The notes beneath the pieces were generated by a model. It ran no database searches and was not told the origin of the DNA. It saw only the letters and a list, made by a program, of their open reading frames with translations. Below, piece after piece: positions 25,051 to 38,083 of a DNA stretch of 64,000 nucleotides (position 1 is its first letter; each line of letters begins with the position of its first letter). The stretch comes from Antechinus flavipes (taxonomy: Eukaryota), in assembly GCF_016432865.1 (NCBI RefSeq), contig NC_067399.1, positions 330,460,001 to 330,524,000 of the forward strand, given 5' to 3'. Both the position numbers and the translations under genes were made by a program.

Positions 25051-28000
25051 GATTTCTAATTGTTAAATTCAATTTGTTCTTATTTTTATTACTTCTTGGC
25101 CTCCCTGCTGCATTTGAGTTTGTTGATGCCCTTCCCCTCTCTCCTCTCTCTGTTTTCACAACTCTTTCTCTCTTGGTTCATTTCCTTGTCTGTCCCCTCT
25201 TTCTCAGTCTCCTTAATTAACCATATTATACCCATAACAAAGGAGATACCCCCAATACTGGGTGAGTACCTCTTTGAGTTCCCTCTTCTGTTTTCTTCCT
25301 AAATTCTCTCTCTTGGTGATCTTATCAGATCTCATGAGTTTAATTATCATACCTCTGCAAATAATTTACTGCCTCGGTCTCTCTCCTGAGATCCAGTCCA
25401 CATCACCAACTACCTGTGTATTGAACATTCCACACTGGATAGAGAAGTGGCATCTCAAACTCAACACATCCAAAACAAAATTCATCCTCTTTACTCTTAA
25501 ACTCCTCTTAAACCTTTCTTTCTATTCCCTATTCCTCTGTTTTTGTCCAAGAGTCTACCATTTATCCAGTTTCTCAAGTCTGTAACCTTGGCATTGCATT
25601 ATGTTTGATTCTTCACTCTCTCTCATCTCACATTTCCAATCAATTGCCAAATCTTGCTATTTTTATCTTTACAACTTCTCTCTACTTACTTGGCCACCTC
25701 TTATTCATGACTATTACAATGGCCTGCTAATTAATCTCTCTGTTTCAATTCTTTCCCTGTTCCAATAAGTGCTCCACACAGTTGCCTAAAGGGTTTTCCT
25801 TAAATGCAGACCTGACCATGTCATTATTGCCTCTAGGAGCAGTTATAAACTCCTTTGGTTTTTAAAGCTCTTCACTACTCAACCACAAACTATGTGTCCA
25901 TCGTCATTATACATTACTCCCCTTCTTATTCTCTGTGGTCCAATCATGCTGGATCTCACTCTCTTCCCTGCTCCATCTCTCCTCTCCATACAAAGGTATT
26001 CATTGGCTATCCCTGATGCCAGTAATGCACTCCCTCCTCACTTCTCCCTCATATAATATAATCTCTAACTTATTGCAAGACATAGCTTAAGCATTAATTT
26101 TACACTATGGTTTTCTTGATCTTCCCAATTATTAAGGAGCCTTCTCTCCTTAACTACCGTGTATTTAACAACTTTAAATTTTTATTTTGTGAAAATTCAT
26201 TTATTCTGTAAGTATTTTACTATCTATGTATGTTAGATGCATGTTAAAACCCCCATAAACTTTGGTCTCATAAGTATCTGCTCAAATGGAGAAGTGAAAA
26301 TGATATGATGAAAAATACTAAGGCCAGAATGGTGCAGAAAACATAAAACATCATTAACTTTTATAAAAAGAAAGGGAAATGATTTCCTTAACTTTATCAG
26401 CTGTGGGACCTCTTTCTACTGTCAATTTTACTGAGTCTTTACTTATGTTCACTTAGCTATGTAGCCCCCACATTATTCTCTCATCCTCTACTTTCCTCTT
26501 CAAATAAAATGTATTTGTTTTTAATGAGAATTATCATTCAAGAAAAAGGAACTATTCCATGGATGACTTGTCTGTATACCTCATTTAAAAATGCCATCTG
26601 TATAGGAGTCAATCTGGGGAATAATGACACAATAATAAATTGAAACCAACTTTTTGGATCTACTTATCCTTCACTGTTACTTTTCCTTAGTTGCTGATTC
26701 CCCACTCAGAACTATATAGTATAATTCAAGGGTTATTTCAGTCAGGAAATACACTTGCTTTCCTGAAAGATTCATTAGGAAATTACCATATACAGAAAAG
26801 TAATGGCATTATATTTTTATCTTTCTGACTTTGTCTCTGAATGATCAAAGATTGGGGTATTTGTTTGCTTGTTTGTTTTTGGTGAAGGAGAAGGTGCCAG
26901 GGAAGGAAAGATACTTCTGATTTCTTGTATGAAAAAGTAGATTGGTTAAAGCGGATCCAATTTGGCTACTACAACAGCCCAAATGTATGAACTTGGCTGT
27001 TTTCAGGAATTGAATACTAATTTTTAAAAAAATCTATTTTGTCTCACTATTTTAATTTAAGAATTCCCACCGTATTTTTTCATCAGACATCATAATGATG
27101 AACTGATTCCTATTATTTATTCATACCACTTGTTAATCTTTATTAGATATTTTGCTCTCTTTCTCTTCCAATCAAATGATTGGAATCTTATTCTGAATTC
27201 CTTCAATCTAAACTTCAACTATCTAAAATATTCTTTCCCTTCCTCCATCCAACAAAAACAATTATTCTTTCTCCTGCTTGGTTTTTACTCTGGTTATATT
27301 GTGTATTTGGAACCTGAAGCACATTGTCCAACTTAAATGGCAATTCGTCTGGAGCAAGAACTCTCTTCCTTGGTTCCCTGGGAACTTTTTCCTCAAATAG
27401 TGACAATAATTAATAAAACCATAGTACTGCATGAAAAGTTTTCTCAATGGAAATGGAGATCATTTTTTTTGCTCCATTTTTCCACAGAGACCATTTTTTG
27501 CTCCATTTTTTCTTTGTGTGGAACAATCTTAATTCTTGCCCTAATGATGGAGTAGCCCAGCCATTGCTAAGAAAGTCATTCCATATCTATCAATCTCTAT
27601 TAATTCCTTAAAAGGTTGACTTTTAAAATAGAAAACTGGCCAGCATGTGATAAATTTTCTCTTTGGTTATGGCACCTCATGACTATCCACTAAGGTGTAG
27701 AGGGCTTGCAATTTATATTGCTAGGGGTAGCAACACTGATATAACCTGATATGATTTCTTAACATAGTAAGGAAGAAAAAAATGATATTGGTTTTAAAAG
27801 TTAATTTTTCTGTGAAATAAATATTTCTATATTAGATGAATCTCCCCAAACCATTACTCCCTAGGACACTGGAGAAGGAAAACAAACTAAAGTTGGCCAT
27901 TATGCCCAGAAGGTTAGTTATTTGACCCTTTTCTACTTTCTTGGCCCCTTCTGCTTAGTTGATCATTCAAAGCCCAGTTTGTGTTTTAACACACATATTT

Positions 28001-28257
28001 GAGACAGTGACCGAGTTTTAACTAGCAATTTGCAGCCTCCCAGCAGAGGACCGTGAATCACAAAATCAAGAGTTTTTGTCATTTGTATCCATTTGTTGTC
28101 TCAGAGAATGGCCAGCCCTCGCTTGCGTGCCTTTAGCAAAGCAGGCATTTATGGTAGAAACTCTGAATAGAAGTTTTCCTGTTTTGTTTTGTTTTTTGAT
28201 CACTTGTTTAAGTTCTGAGGAGAGAGACCTGGCCATTTTATTATAGAATGGGGTGTT

Positions 28258-28452
28258 NNNNNNNNNNNNNNNNNNNNNNNNNNNNNNNNNNNNNNNNNNN
28301 NNNNNNNNNNNNNNNNNNNNNNNNNNNNNNNNNNNNNNNNNNNNNNNNNNNNNNNNNNNNNNNNNNNNNNNNNNNNNNNNNNNNNNNNNNNNNNNNNNNN
28401 NNNNNNNNNNNNNNNNNNNNNNNNNNNNNNNNNNNNNNNNNNNNNNNNNNNN
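28258..28452. other. Assembly gap (195 N)
   Basis: Run of N; ORFs spanning it are artefacts. Confidence 1.
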
Positions 28453-29729
28453 AGCATTATGCAAGCCTCTTTTGTGGATTGAGAGAAAGGATCAGTGGTC
28501 AATAGGGAGCAGAGTGTTGTGTACAGTGGATTTTTGTATCCTTCAGTCGACTACATAATGCGTTTTGTCAGGAGAACAGCCCAACATCCTGAGCAGATTT
28601 GCTGAATTAAAGAGCACAGCGGGGATAGGAAACTTGTTGCTAGGTGACTGACAACTGCTACATGTCAGTATCTCTGTGCCCCAGGTTACTCATTCCTTTT
28701 CTTCTGCTACTTAATCTTGCCTTTTAATCTGCATCTATAATTAACTCTGTTAATACCTCCTATCCATTTGTTTCTCTTTTCCTGCACTTCAGTAAGACAA
28801 TTTGCCACTATTTAGTCTTCAAACTCAGAACACAAATAATTTTTTGGGCTCTATTAGCTTCCTAAGAGGCAAGATGCTCCAGCCCCCAGACATAGATGCA
28901 CTTCTAGCAGATACTGCATGGAATTTTTCACCTCTTCTGACTTTTTAAAAGGATACTTTTGCTAAACTGAATGGAAAATGAATTGTGGAAGAAATGCTCC
29001 TATTTTCCATTATTTCCAAAGTTTTATTGTGCTTGGATAATGCACTGAAATATTCTTCCCTGTGCCAAATTGCTAACTTTGAAACCTCCCTCCCCGTTAA
29101 CACAACTGAACAGTTAAAAATGCTTCACTATCTTAGGTGTTTCCATCACTCTTGTCACTCAGAGACTTGTCCCTTCAAAGATGCTGGCAGGAATTGTTGC
29201 TTATGTTTTCCATCAGTTCTAAAAGGAGCTTCAGAAAAAGCTGGGAAACTCTTCATTTCACTATTTCCCTCCTCCCCCCGACTTCTGTGTTGCCCAGTCC
29301 ATGGAATAAGTGGGCCATTTCATCGTTTAGGCAATTGCAAAACACAAATAAACAATTTGGTTCTGATTCATTCTAAACTTTTCTTTCTTTCTAGTTAATA
29401 CCTCCTCTGGGTTAAATAAAGTAGTTAACTTTTTTAAAAAACATCTGGATTTCTGCCATGAGAGATTTTTGCAGTGTGGGGAAAATGCTTTTTGACAATT
29501 CATAGCTAAGGTTCATGAAGACGTTCATATGGTAGGGAGTGTGAGTCATACACACAAAAGTCATACATCTAGAGCTAGTAGGGATCTAGAGCTAATAAGA
29601 GAAGAATATTTCAATACATTACCCAAGCACAATCAAACTTTGGAAATAATGGAAAATGGAAGCATTTCTTCCATAATTCATTTTCCATTCAGTTTAGCAA
29701 AAGTATCTCGTTAAAAAAGAGATCATTAG

Positions 29730-30245
29730 AAAGTAGTTAGATGGCACAGTGTGCTAGACTTGGCGTCAGGAAGACTCGAGTTAAAATTCAGCCTAATATA
29801 GTTACTTGCTGTGCAAACCTCAGCACATCACTTAACCCTGTTTGCCTTGGAGGCAACAAGATAACTCAGTGAGTAGTGCAGGGCTGGAGTCAGGAAAATT
29901 TGAATTTAAATCCAGCCTCAGACATTTAATCTTTGTTTGCCTTAATCTACTGAAAAATAAAATGGCAAATTATTTCAGTATTTTTGCCAAGAAAACTGCA
30001 CGGACAATATTGGCATGCTGTATGTAGTCTATGAGGTCATGAAGAGTTGGATACATCTAAATAACAAAGAGATCATTGAATTTAATTTTCCCATTACAAA
30101 GATGAAGAAGCCTAGAAAATGTAAATGAAACTGAGACCTAGGGGCAACTGGGTGGCACAATGGATAGAGCCCAAGCCTGAAGTCAGTAGGACCTGATTTC
30201 AAATCCAGCTGTGTGATCCTGAGCTAGTCACTTAAGCCTGTTGAA
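29730..30245 (+). mobile_element. Cluster of CORE-SINEs (Mar1/WSINE1-type)
   Basis: Three tRNA-like heads (agatggcacagtg, gtgagtagtgcagggctggagtcagg, ggggcaactgggtggcacaatggatagagc) and a Mar1 tail tttgccaagaaaac. Confidence 0.75.
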
Positions 30246-30309
30246 GAAGAAGAAGAAAGAGGGAAAAAAACTGAGATTTAGAAAAATTCAATGATGTGTT
30301 TAAAGTCAT

Positions 30310-31510
30310 ACCATCAATATTTGTTAAACATTACTCTAGGGAATTACTAGCATCTGGGAAACAAGAAATGGACTTATGTGGAAGGTTTGGAGTAAGTTTT
30401 GATGAAACAAAGCTTCCCAAGAAGTGGAGTTGAGAAACGAGTACATTCCAATAATGGAAGAGACCAAAGACAAAGATTAAGAGATAGGTGATGGAAAGCT
30501 ATGTGTTAGGAAACTTAGAAGGCCAGTTTGATTGGAAGGCAGAGTACATAAGGGGACTGGCATATGATAATTTTGGAAATGCAGGGCAAGCTCAGATTGT
30601 GAAGAGTTTTAAGGTCAAAGTAGTTTTTATTTTATCCTAGAGACATTAAGGAACCATTGGAGTTTATTGAGTAGGGAAATGACATGGTCAAACCTGAATT
30701 TCAGGACAATCAGTTCTTTTTTTTTTTTTAATGATGTTTTATTTTTCCAAATACATGCAAAAATAGTTTTCAACATTCACCTTTGCAAAATCTTGTGTTC
30801 CAAATTTTTCTCTCTTTGGCTTTCTTTCCCTCCTCCCTAAGACCTGAAAGCAATATGAAGCAAGCAATATGAAAATCAGTTCTGTGGAGATGGATTGAAT
30901 GGGGAGAAACTTGAGGCAGGGAGACATATGAGGAAATGTGCAGGTCAGAGGATATGAGAACTTAAACAGATGTGCATGTGGAGAGAAGGGACTGGATTCA
31001 TGAAGTAGAAATAGCAAGATGTGGAATGATGAAAAGTAAGGACAATATGGAGTTTTGGAAACATGATGTTGTCCTTGACAGAAATAGGGAAATTCAGAAC
31101 CAAGATAGACTGGAGCGGGAGGGAGGGGGGGAGAATATGATGAGTTCTGTTTTGGTCATATTGAGTTTGGGAATAACTACAGAACATTCAGTTTAAATGT
31201 CTCACTAAAAATTGAAGATAAATGATGGGAGATCAGATTAGAGATTAGAACTAGATCTGTAAATCTGAATCATTTGCAGAGAGATGATAATTAAACTTAT
31301 GGGAACTAATGAGGTTACTAAGAGTGAATTGGGAGATGAGGTGAGACAAAGAAACAGAAATAGAAAGAAAGAAACAGAGAAGAGGGCTGCCCTTAGTGTT
31401 TACCTATGGTTAGGGCTATAGTATGAATGATGAACAAGCAAAATATACTGAGAAGGAACAGTCAGATATGTAGGTGAAGAACCAGAGGAGAGCAAGAACA
31501 TGAGAACCCA
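30310..31510 (-). mobile_element. L2 LINE
   Basis: aggaaccattggagtttattgagtagggaaatgacatggtcaaacctg; gttctgttttggtcatattgagtttg; catttgcagagagatgataattaaac. Confidence 0.8.
30718..30873 (-). mobile_element. Short L1 3' end inserted in L2, 10-bp TSD
   Basis: Poly(T) plus L1 3'UTR; TSD aatcagttct at 30708-30717 and 30874-30883. Confidence 0.85.
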
Positions 31511-31540
31511 GATTTTCTAGTGGTTAACAGTATCACATAT

Positions 31541-31790
31541 ATTGGTTGTTGTGCTTCATGCTCAAAGAGGACCAAAATGGTATCATTATGTCAGTATAAT
31601 CAACTATGACTGATCAGACCAATACAAACTTGGAAGACTCTATGACAGATCAGGTATAAATAGTTCACATGAACATTTAGAGTGGAGAAATGTCTAATTT
31701 AGCTTATCTCATTCCTTTTTAACTACTGCAATTCTGCTTTGCTCATTGAGCATAGTGCCCTGGGACACTATACTCAGACCTCATCTAGAA
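31541..31790 (-). mobile_element. RTE (BovB-like) 3' end or RTE-derived SINE
   Basis: ctcaaagaggaccaaaatg...gatcagaccaatac...actactgcaattctgctttgctcattgagcatagtgcc is a reverse RTE 3' end. Confidence 0.8.
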
Positions 31791-34700
31791 TCTTGGGACA
31801 GGTATTTCATCTGGATGTTGGCTGCTTCTGGGTCTGTACTAGGATAAACTTTGTGATACCTGGAGGGTTATGCCATTCACTCAAGAGCAGGGGCTTTCTT
31901 CAGATGATCCAGGAGTAGATACCCACAAGTTTGACAGCTGTAAGAGTAGTCGGAAAGATCTTCTAGGGCTTCTTAGGGAAAATACCTTGGATTAATCTTG
32001 GATCTGAGTTTCTGGTCAGTATAACATAGGTCTTTAGTTACGGATCTCTGAACAACACACAGATGGTCCAGTTTTCCAGACATACAGATCTAGGTTCAAA
32101 CAATGCAATTAAGCTTTCTCATAATTCCCATAATTACATTGTCAGGTACAAATCAAACTACTTAGGGGTCTCAAAAAGGACAAATTCTTGGAAGGGGGAT
32201 TTACATATCACTAAGGAAACCAAGAACTTACTTAAACATTACCAATATTAACTAACACCAAGTCTCCTTATATCCTAGTGACCCATTCTCAATATCCATT
32301 TAATCAGCACATTTTTAGTCCCAGATGTCTCATGTAATTATCTATTCCTTAGATCTCTTTTCTTGGACAAAAGGCTTTATTCTCAAGATAGATCTAAAGG
32401 AAACTCTGTTTCTCTGGTTCCAAATCTATAAAATTCCTAGATAATTCTACCTTAATATTATTTAGTACTCTCACTTAAATCTGGTTCTTCAATTTTGAAA
32501 CTTCAGAGAATTTCAGTTTATATATTATTTGCTATTTCTATCCTTACCTAAATCCTTTACCTGATATAAGCATCTTTTAAAAATTTATGAGAGCCCAACT
32601 CCAAATGAACTCTTCTGCCTTTTAAAATTATCAAGCAGATACTCAGATAATGGGAAAATAATTTCATTTTCTTTGCCATTATCCATACAATTTATGTATA
32701 AAATTAAATTTTGAGAACTTATTACTAAAACACTCTAACAGTCTAGATTTCTATGATAATTTTTGGAAGCCAATCATATATATCACTATATAGTTCTTAG
32801 AGAAAGTTTAATCCTGTTGGTTTTCTCAAAATTTACTATCCCATTTAATTGGAAAACTGTCACTTAACATCTTTGTCTTATTACTTTGAATAATCATTTT
32901 GCCTCAAAAGAGTATCATCACTATATTATAATTTTATCACAAATACAGATTAAAGTTATAAGATGTTCATATTTGTATCCTATTATAGTAACTCAAAAAT
33001 ATTCCAGGATCAATCTATTTTTGATAAATTTATCATTGTATTTACAAAACTTCTTCATTATGGAAATTTGCCATAAAAGAAAAAAGAGGGACATAGTTAT
33101 AAAAATGTCATGGATCATAACAAGTGGAAAAACTCTCTTAACTCTGTTTGATTCCAGGCATAAGTCATATCTGCCAGCCAATCTCATAGTCACATGGAAT
33201 CAAAAGTAGGGCTCAGAATTAACCAGATAGGGAAATTTCCTTTTCAAAAAGGAATTAGTACAATGGGGAAAGAGAGTCAGAAAGATCCTACCTAGGCTGA
33301 ACCAAAGCCATCCAAAAACTTTTCTCAGGCACAGACATAGCACCATAAGCAGTTCCCAGATTATAGCAATGCCATTTTCTATTATTGACTTGACAGTTCA
33401 AACAAATAATAGTAAATAACAGTCTCAAGAATGTTTACATTAAATGGTAAAATTTCACTAAGTACAATTTAGGATTTGAATATCTTTTTTGATGTTTCCA
33501 TAATAGTTAACATTTCTTATCTTTTGCTTATAAACTAAAGATATATAACAGAAACCTGATAGTTTACTCATCATTAATATGTTGAAACTATACCCTTAAA
33601 TCATCCTATAGATTTTCATAGTAACCAAGAATTTCCAATGAAAACTTGCTATCATGGTATATTTATTATTACTTCATAATAAAATATTCCTCATTAACAT
33701 TTAACATTTTCAAATATCTATTTTTATCACATCTTTTTAAAAGTTCAATTCATATGTAACAGCACCCAGATTAAAAAGTTGTTTTGTCTAAGAACATTTG
33801 TTACAATAGTCTCTCAAATTTCACAATATAAAAGAACTTAGAAATACAATAACAACACAAACAATAAGCTTCAAATGACATCAATTGTATTTACAGATTA
33901 TCACACATAAAAGTCATTGATCTTATTACCTCTGACATTTTAAAATCACTTTAGAGTTATTAGGTATGGAACAATTACATTAAATTAAACAAATAATAAT
34001 GTGGTGCTTAGCATTTGCCTGACACTGTGTTAAGCACTTTAAAATCATTATATCATTTTAATTCTCACAACAAACCTAAAAGGTGGGTAGCACTATTATG
34101 CAAGATCAGAAACTGGAGCAGACAGAGATAAAATATCTTGCTTAAGATTACACAGCTTTTAAATTTCCACAACCAGAACACAATTCAAGTTTCCTTGTAT
34201 TTTTTTAAACATCTGTATTTGGGAATCTGATCTGGGATGAAAAGGGTTAACAAGGACAGGGTTTCCTGACATAGGGAAGCATTTTCATTTAAATAATCTT
34301 TTCTCTTTCCATGGTCAGATATGTCAAGGAAAAGTTAATGAGAGTTTGCTGTAAGGTGCAAACTATTTACTATTTTAGTCTTTCTTTACTCTGGAATTAC
34401 TTAAACTAGGTGCCTTCCTCCACTGCCGTAGAACAATGAAGCTATTAATCTAGCCATTTATTTAAAAAACTTATAAAATCTAATCTTTATTTTTTTCCCT
34501 TAAAACCAATTATACAGAGTGATACACCTAAACTTATTAAGATATTTCAGAAAGGTGTGAGTTCTTGAAATTAATCCCAAAGTCACTGGAGTTCTCTCCT
34601 ACACTCTTAAAATGATTAATATACAAACTCCTTAAACTGCTCAAATGTTTTTAGTGGTTCCACAAACTATGATTATCTGACTTTATTTATGTAATTTCCA

Positions 34701-35300
34701 CATAACCAAAGATGAATGACAGAAAAAAAAGTGTCTTGAAATTTTTTTTTCTCTTTTCTTATAACCTAGTCTCCCTCAGAAAACCTAAACTTCTTCTTAC
34801 TGGGACAATTGCTTCAACTATGAATGTTCCTTAATCTTTCTCAGTTTTCTAAACTCTCAGGCCATAGCTCTTAGAAGTTTTTTCTGACTGAATGTAATTT
34901 AAGTCTTTCAAGATGAATCCAGTTCACAATACAAACATGACACAGACATTTTACAGTTTACAAAAACACAAACACAGAAAAAAATGATAAGACAGATACA
35001 AACACAGAGAGCTTTTTTTTTTTTAAGTGCACAATTTTGATTCTAAATTTACACTGGCACATAATTACTGAGGCTTGAAGTTTAAAAACAATTAACAGAG
35101 GTGTGCAGTTTAAGGAAAGATATCTTTACCAGGATGATCTGAGATAAACTGGGTCACCAGAGGGGCCCTGGAGTTTTCCTCACAAAGAATAGTGAGTTCA
35201 ATAAAGGAGGAAGCTTGGAGGATTGGAACAGGGATAAGAACAGAAGACTTGCCAGACAAGGGGGAATCGAACTCTGGAAAAATAAATCTCTGATGGTACC
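31790..35300 (-). mobile_element. ERV1 (gamma-like) non-autonomous internal remnant
   Basis: Minus strand 31972-31900 encodes KP*KIFPTTLTAVKLVGIYSWI, like the integrase C-terminal motif GPYxVLLTTPTAVKxxGIxSWIH; upstream is a long AT-rich stop-riddled region and a leader-like segment; outer limits uncertain. Confidence 0.5.
33990..34165 (-). mobile_element. MIR/Mar-type SINE inside the ERV remnant
   Basis: gtgttaagcactttaaaatcattatatcattttaattctcacaacaaacct...agcactattat. Confidence 0.65.
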
Positions 35301-35454
35301 TAATTTATTGCCATTGGTACTGAAAAGTCCAATGGTTTGGTTCCATGTTCAATTTTACCTCTCATGTTTATTAATATCAATTGGACTGATATGGCTTGCT
35401 AACCTGTGTATGTCTGCAACTGAATAGAACAGACCAGAGAGGGTCTACTAAAAG

Positions 35455-38083
35455 CAGCAGTAGCCCTTAATTCTCCATGGTGGTCAGCTACAACCCTAAC
35501 TCTCCAGCACAATATTGAAGGGACCCACAGTTGGCATTGATCTTGGTATTACTTACTCCTACATGAGAGTCTTCCAACATGGGAAAGTAGAGATCATTGC
35601 CAATGACCAAGGCTATGTCGCCTTCACCTATACAGAACATTTAATAGATGCTGGTGCAAAGAATCAAGTTGCAATGAATCCCACCAGCACAGTTTTTGAT
35701 GCCAAATGTCTGATTGGCCAAAGATGTGATGATATAGTTGTACAGTCAAATATAAAGCATTGGCCATTTATGATGCTGAATAATCAGGCAGGCTTAAGGT
35801 TCAAATTGGGAGCAAAGAAGAGACCAAAAGTTTCTTTTCAGAAGAAGTATCTTCTATGGCCTTGCTGAAAGAAATTACTGAAGCTTACTTCAGGAAGACT
35901 GTTGCAAATGCTGTGATCACAGTATCAAGCTATTTCAATGATTCCCAACATCAGACCATGAAAGATGTTGGAACCATCACTCAGCTCAATATGCTCCAAG
36001 TGATCAATGGGCCAGCTGCTGCTGCTATTGCTTATGGCTTGGACAAAAAGGTTGGTGCTGAGAGATTTTGATCTTTGGTCTTGCAGGTGATATTTTTGAT
36101 TTTCCATTGTTACCATTGAAAATGTCATTTTTTTGAGGTCAAGTCCACATCTGGGGACACCCACTTGTTTGGGGAGGACTTTGATATCCATATAATCAAC
36201 CATTTCATTGCTGAGTTCAAGCAAAAGCAGAAGAAGGACATCAGTGAGAAGATGTTCACTATCTGTGCACAATTTGTAAATGTGCAAAATATACCCTTTC
36301 TTCCAGCACCTAGACTTGTATTGCTTTATGAAAATGTCAGCTTCTATACACCAATCACCCAAGCCTGTTTCGAAGAGCTGAATTGCTCTCTTCCATGGCA
36401 TACTGGATGCTATGGGAAAGGCTTTAAGAGATACTAAGGTAAATGAATCACAGATTAATGACATCATCCCGGTGGATGGTTCCATTTGCATCCTCCAAAT
36501 CCAGAACTTCAAGAAATCTTTAATGGCAAGGAGCTCAACAAGAGTATCAATCCTGATGAGGTTATTGTCTGTGGTGCAATTGTCCAGTCTGCCATTTTAT
36601 TTGGAAATAAATTTGAAAATGTGCAGGACTTGTTGCTGTTGGATGTCATTCCTCATTTTTTGGAATTGAAATTGCTGGAGGAATTATGATTGATCAAACA
36701 TAGTACCACCATTCTCACCAAGCAGACACAGACCTTTACTGCCTATTCTGACAATCAAACTGATATGCTTATTCAGGTTTATGAAGATGAGAAATCAATG
36801 ACAAAAGATCACAACCTGCTTGCCAAGTTTGAGCTCACAGGAAATCTTCCCAGAATCCTGGGATATTCCTCAAATTGAAGTAACATTTAACATTGATGCA
36901 TATGGCATTCTCACTTCTGCTGTGGATAAAAGCACAGGCAAGGAGAAAAAGACCATTATCACCAATGACAAAGGTTGTCTGAGCAAAGAAGACATTGATC
37001 ATATATGATCCAGGAGGTTGCGAAATACAAGGTTGAGGATAAGCATAAAGACACGATGCCTTCCAAGAATTCTCTTGAATTTTTGGCTTTCAATATGAAG
37101 GTTACCATGGAAAATGAAAAATTAGTGATAAAGACAAACAAAAGACAAATGTAATGAAATAATCAGCTGGTTGGATAAGAACTAGACTGCTTAGAAGGAA
37201 GAATTTAAGCATCAGCAGACAGAATTGGCGAAGGTCTGCAAAACCATTGTTGCTAAGGTGGGTTCCCAAGGGGTGGAGCAGTTCTTCATTGAAAAGGTTG
37301 ACTAAGCAATTCATAAGAAAGAGCGTTCCACACAACTTTATACCTACCTGACTCTTTTGGGATGTTAAATCCCTTTTAGGATTTAACCTGTCAGCTAAGG
37401 GCATGCCGCAGCTTCATGGGATGTTCCCTTTCTCTTGGGTAATCATAAGTTCCACCAGGGAACTTGTCTTTTTCATCATTATTAAAACTCCTTTCTTGAT
37501 AACTATATGCTCTCCCACTCTGTTTCATATTTTACCACTTCTAGTGCCAATTGTTTCTCTTCATTTTGTCTGTAATCTCCTAAATATACCTACCTTTTAC
37601 CTAAGAGAATGGCCATTGTACATTTTTCATATGTACTGAACCCCAACATTTGATGCTTCTCCTAAAGCACATCATCTGGTGTCACATCATTTACTACGTC
37701 AGCCACATTAGTAATAAGAATGCTTTATGCTCCAAAGAACAATAGTTCATATTCTGCTTCTGCTTCCCACTCCCTATGTTATACCAGGTAAATTATTTTT
37801 TCTCCCTAGGCCTCAATTTCCTCATCTGTAAAATTAGAAGATTGGACTAGACATAATCTAAATTTCCTTCTGGTTCCATATCTGTAAAGGACTCAAATTT
37901 GTAGCCAAGGAGGTAGCAGTTTAAAAGTAACATTTAAGCTACTGTGTAAATCTGGGCATTCTAAATACTTGAATGTGTTTAGAAGAAAACAACATTATAC
38001 TTTATTAATACTGTAATAAGCAAGCAGAATGAATTATTGTCCTGGAGAATAAATTCTATTTAAAAATTGGTGCGAAAAAGAAA
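35455..38083 (+). pseudogene. HSPA8: Processed pseudogene of HSC70 (heat shock cognate 71 kDa), decayed, with 3'UTR and A-tail remnant
   Basis: Intronless CDS remnant 35512-37305: [38 protein letters not shown] (HSPA8-diagnostic), [46 protein letters not shown]; ATG changed to ATA, many frameshifts; 3'UTR 37306-37337 and 37886-38073, AATAAA 38048-38053, gaaaaagaaa 38074-38083. Confidence 0.97.
37338..37885 (-). repeat. Inverted duplicate (derived copy) of 40896-41440, inserted in the HSPA8 pseudogene 3'UTR
   Basis: Reverse complement aligns end to end with 40896-41440: ~30 substitutions in ~535 bp plus indels of 4, 5 and 12 bp (hand count). Confidence 0.97.

Larger units (their letters stand above)
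24300..26250 (+). mobile_element. L2 LINE, interrupted by a CT tract and a SINE
   Basis: cttaaaagaccttcattagaccctacc; catctcaaactcaacacatccaaaacaaaattcatc (HLKLN.SKT); ttcctaaatgcagacctgaccatgtca. Confidence 0.8.

Noticed and set aside
27459-27511. Direct repeat cattttttgctccattttt, two copies
   Set aside because: Small low-complexity tandem duplication with no further structure
28066-28558. ORFs of 85-132 aa in the ORF track
   Set aside because: Artefacts of translating through the N gap
35255-35285. Minus-strand GTTCGATTCCC resembling a tRNA T-loop/B-box or primer-binding site
   Set aside because: No A-box or cloverleaf, and the orientation is wrong for the PBS of the minus-strand ERV
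35925-36512. 195-aa minus-strand ORF, the longest in the track
   Set aside because: Antisense to the HSPA8 pseudogene; long antisense frames are a known by-product of Hsp70 codon usage
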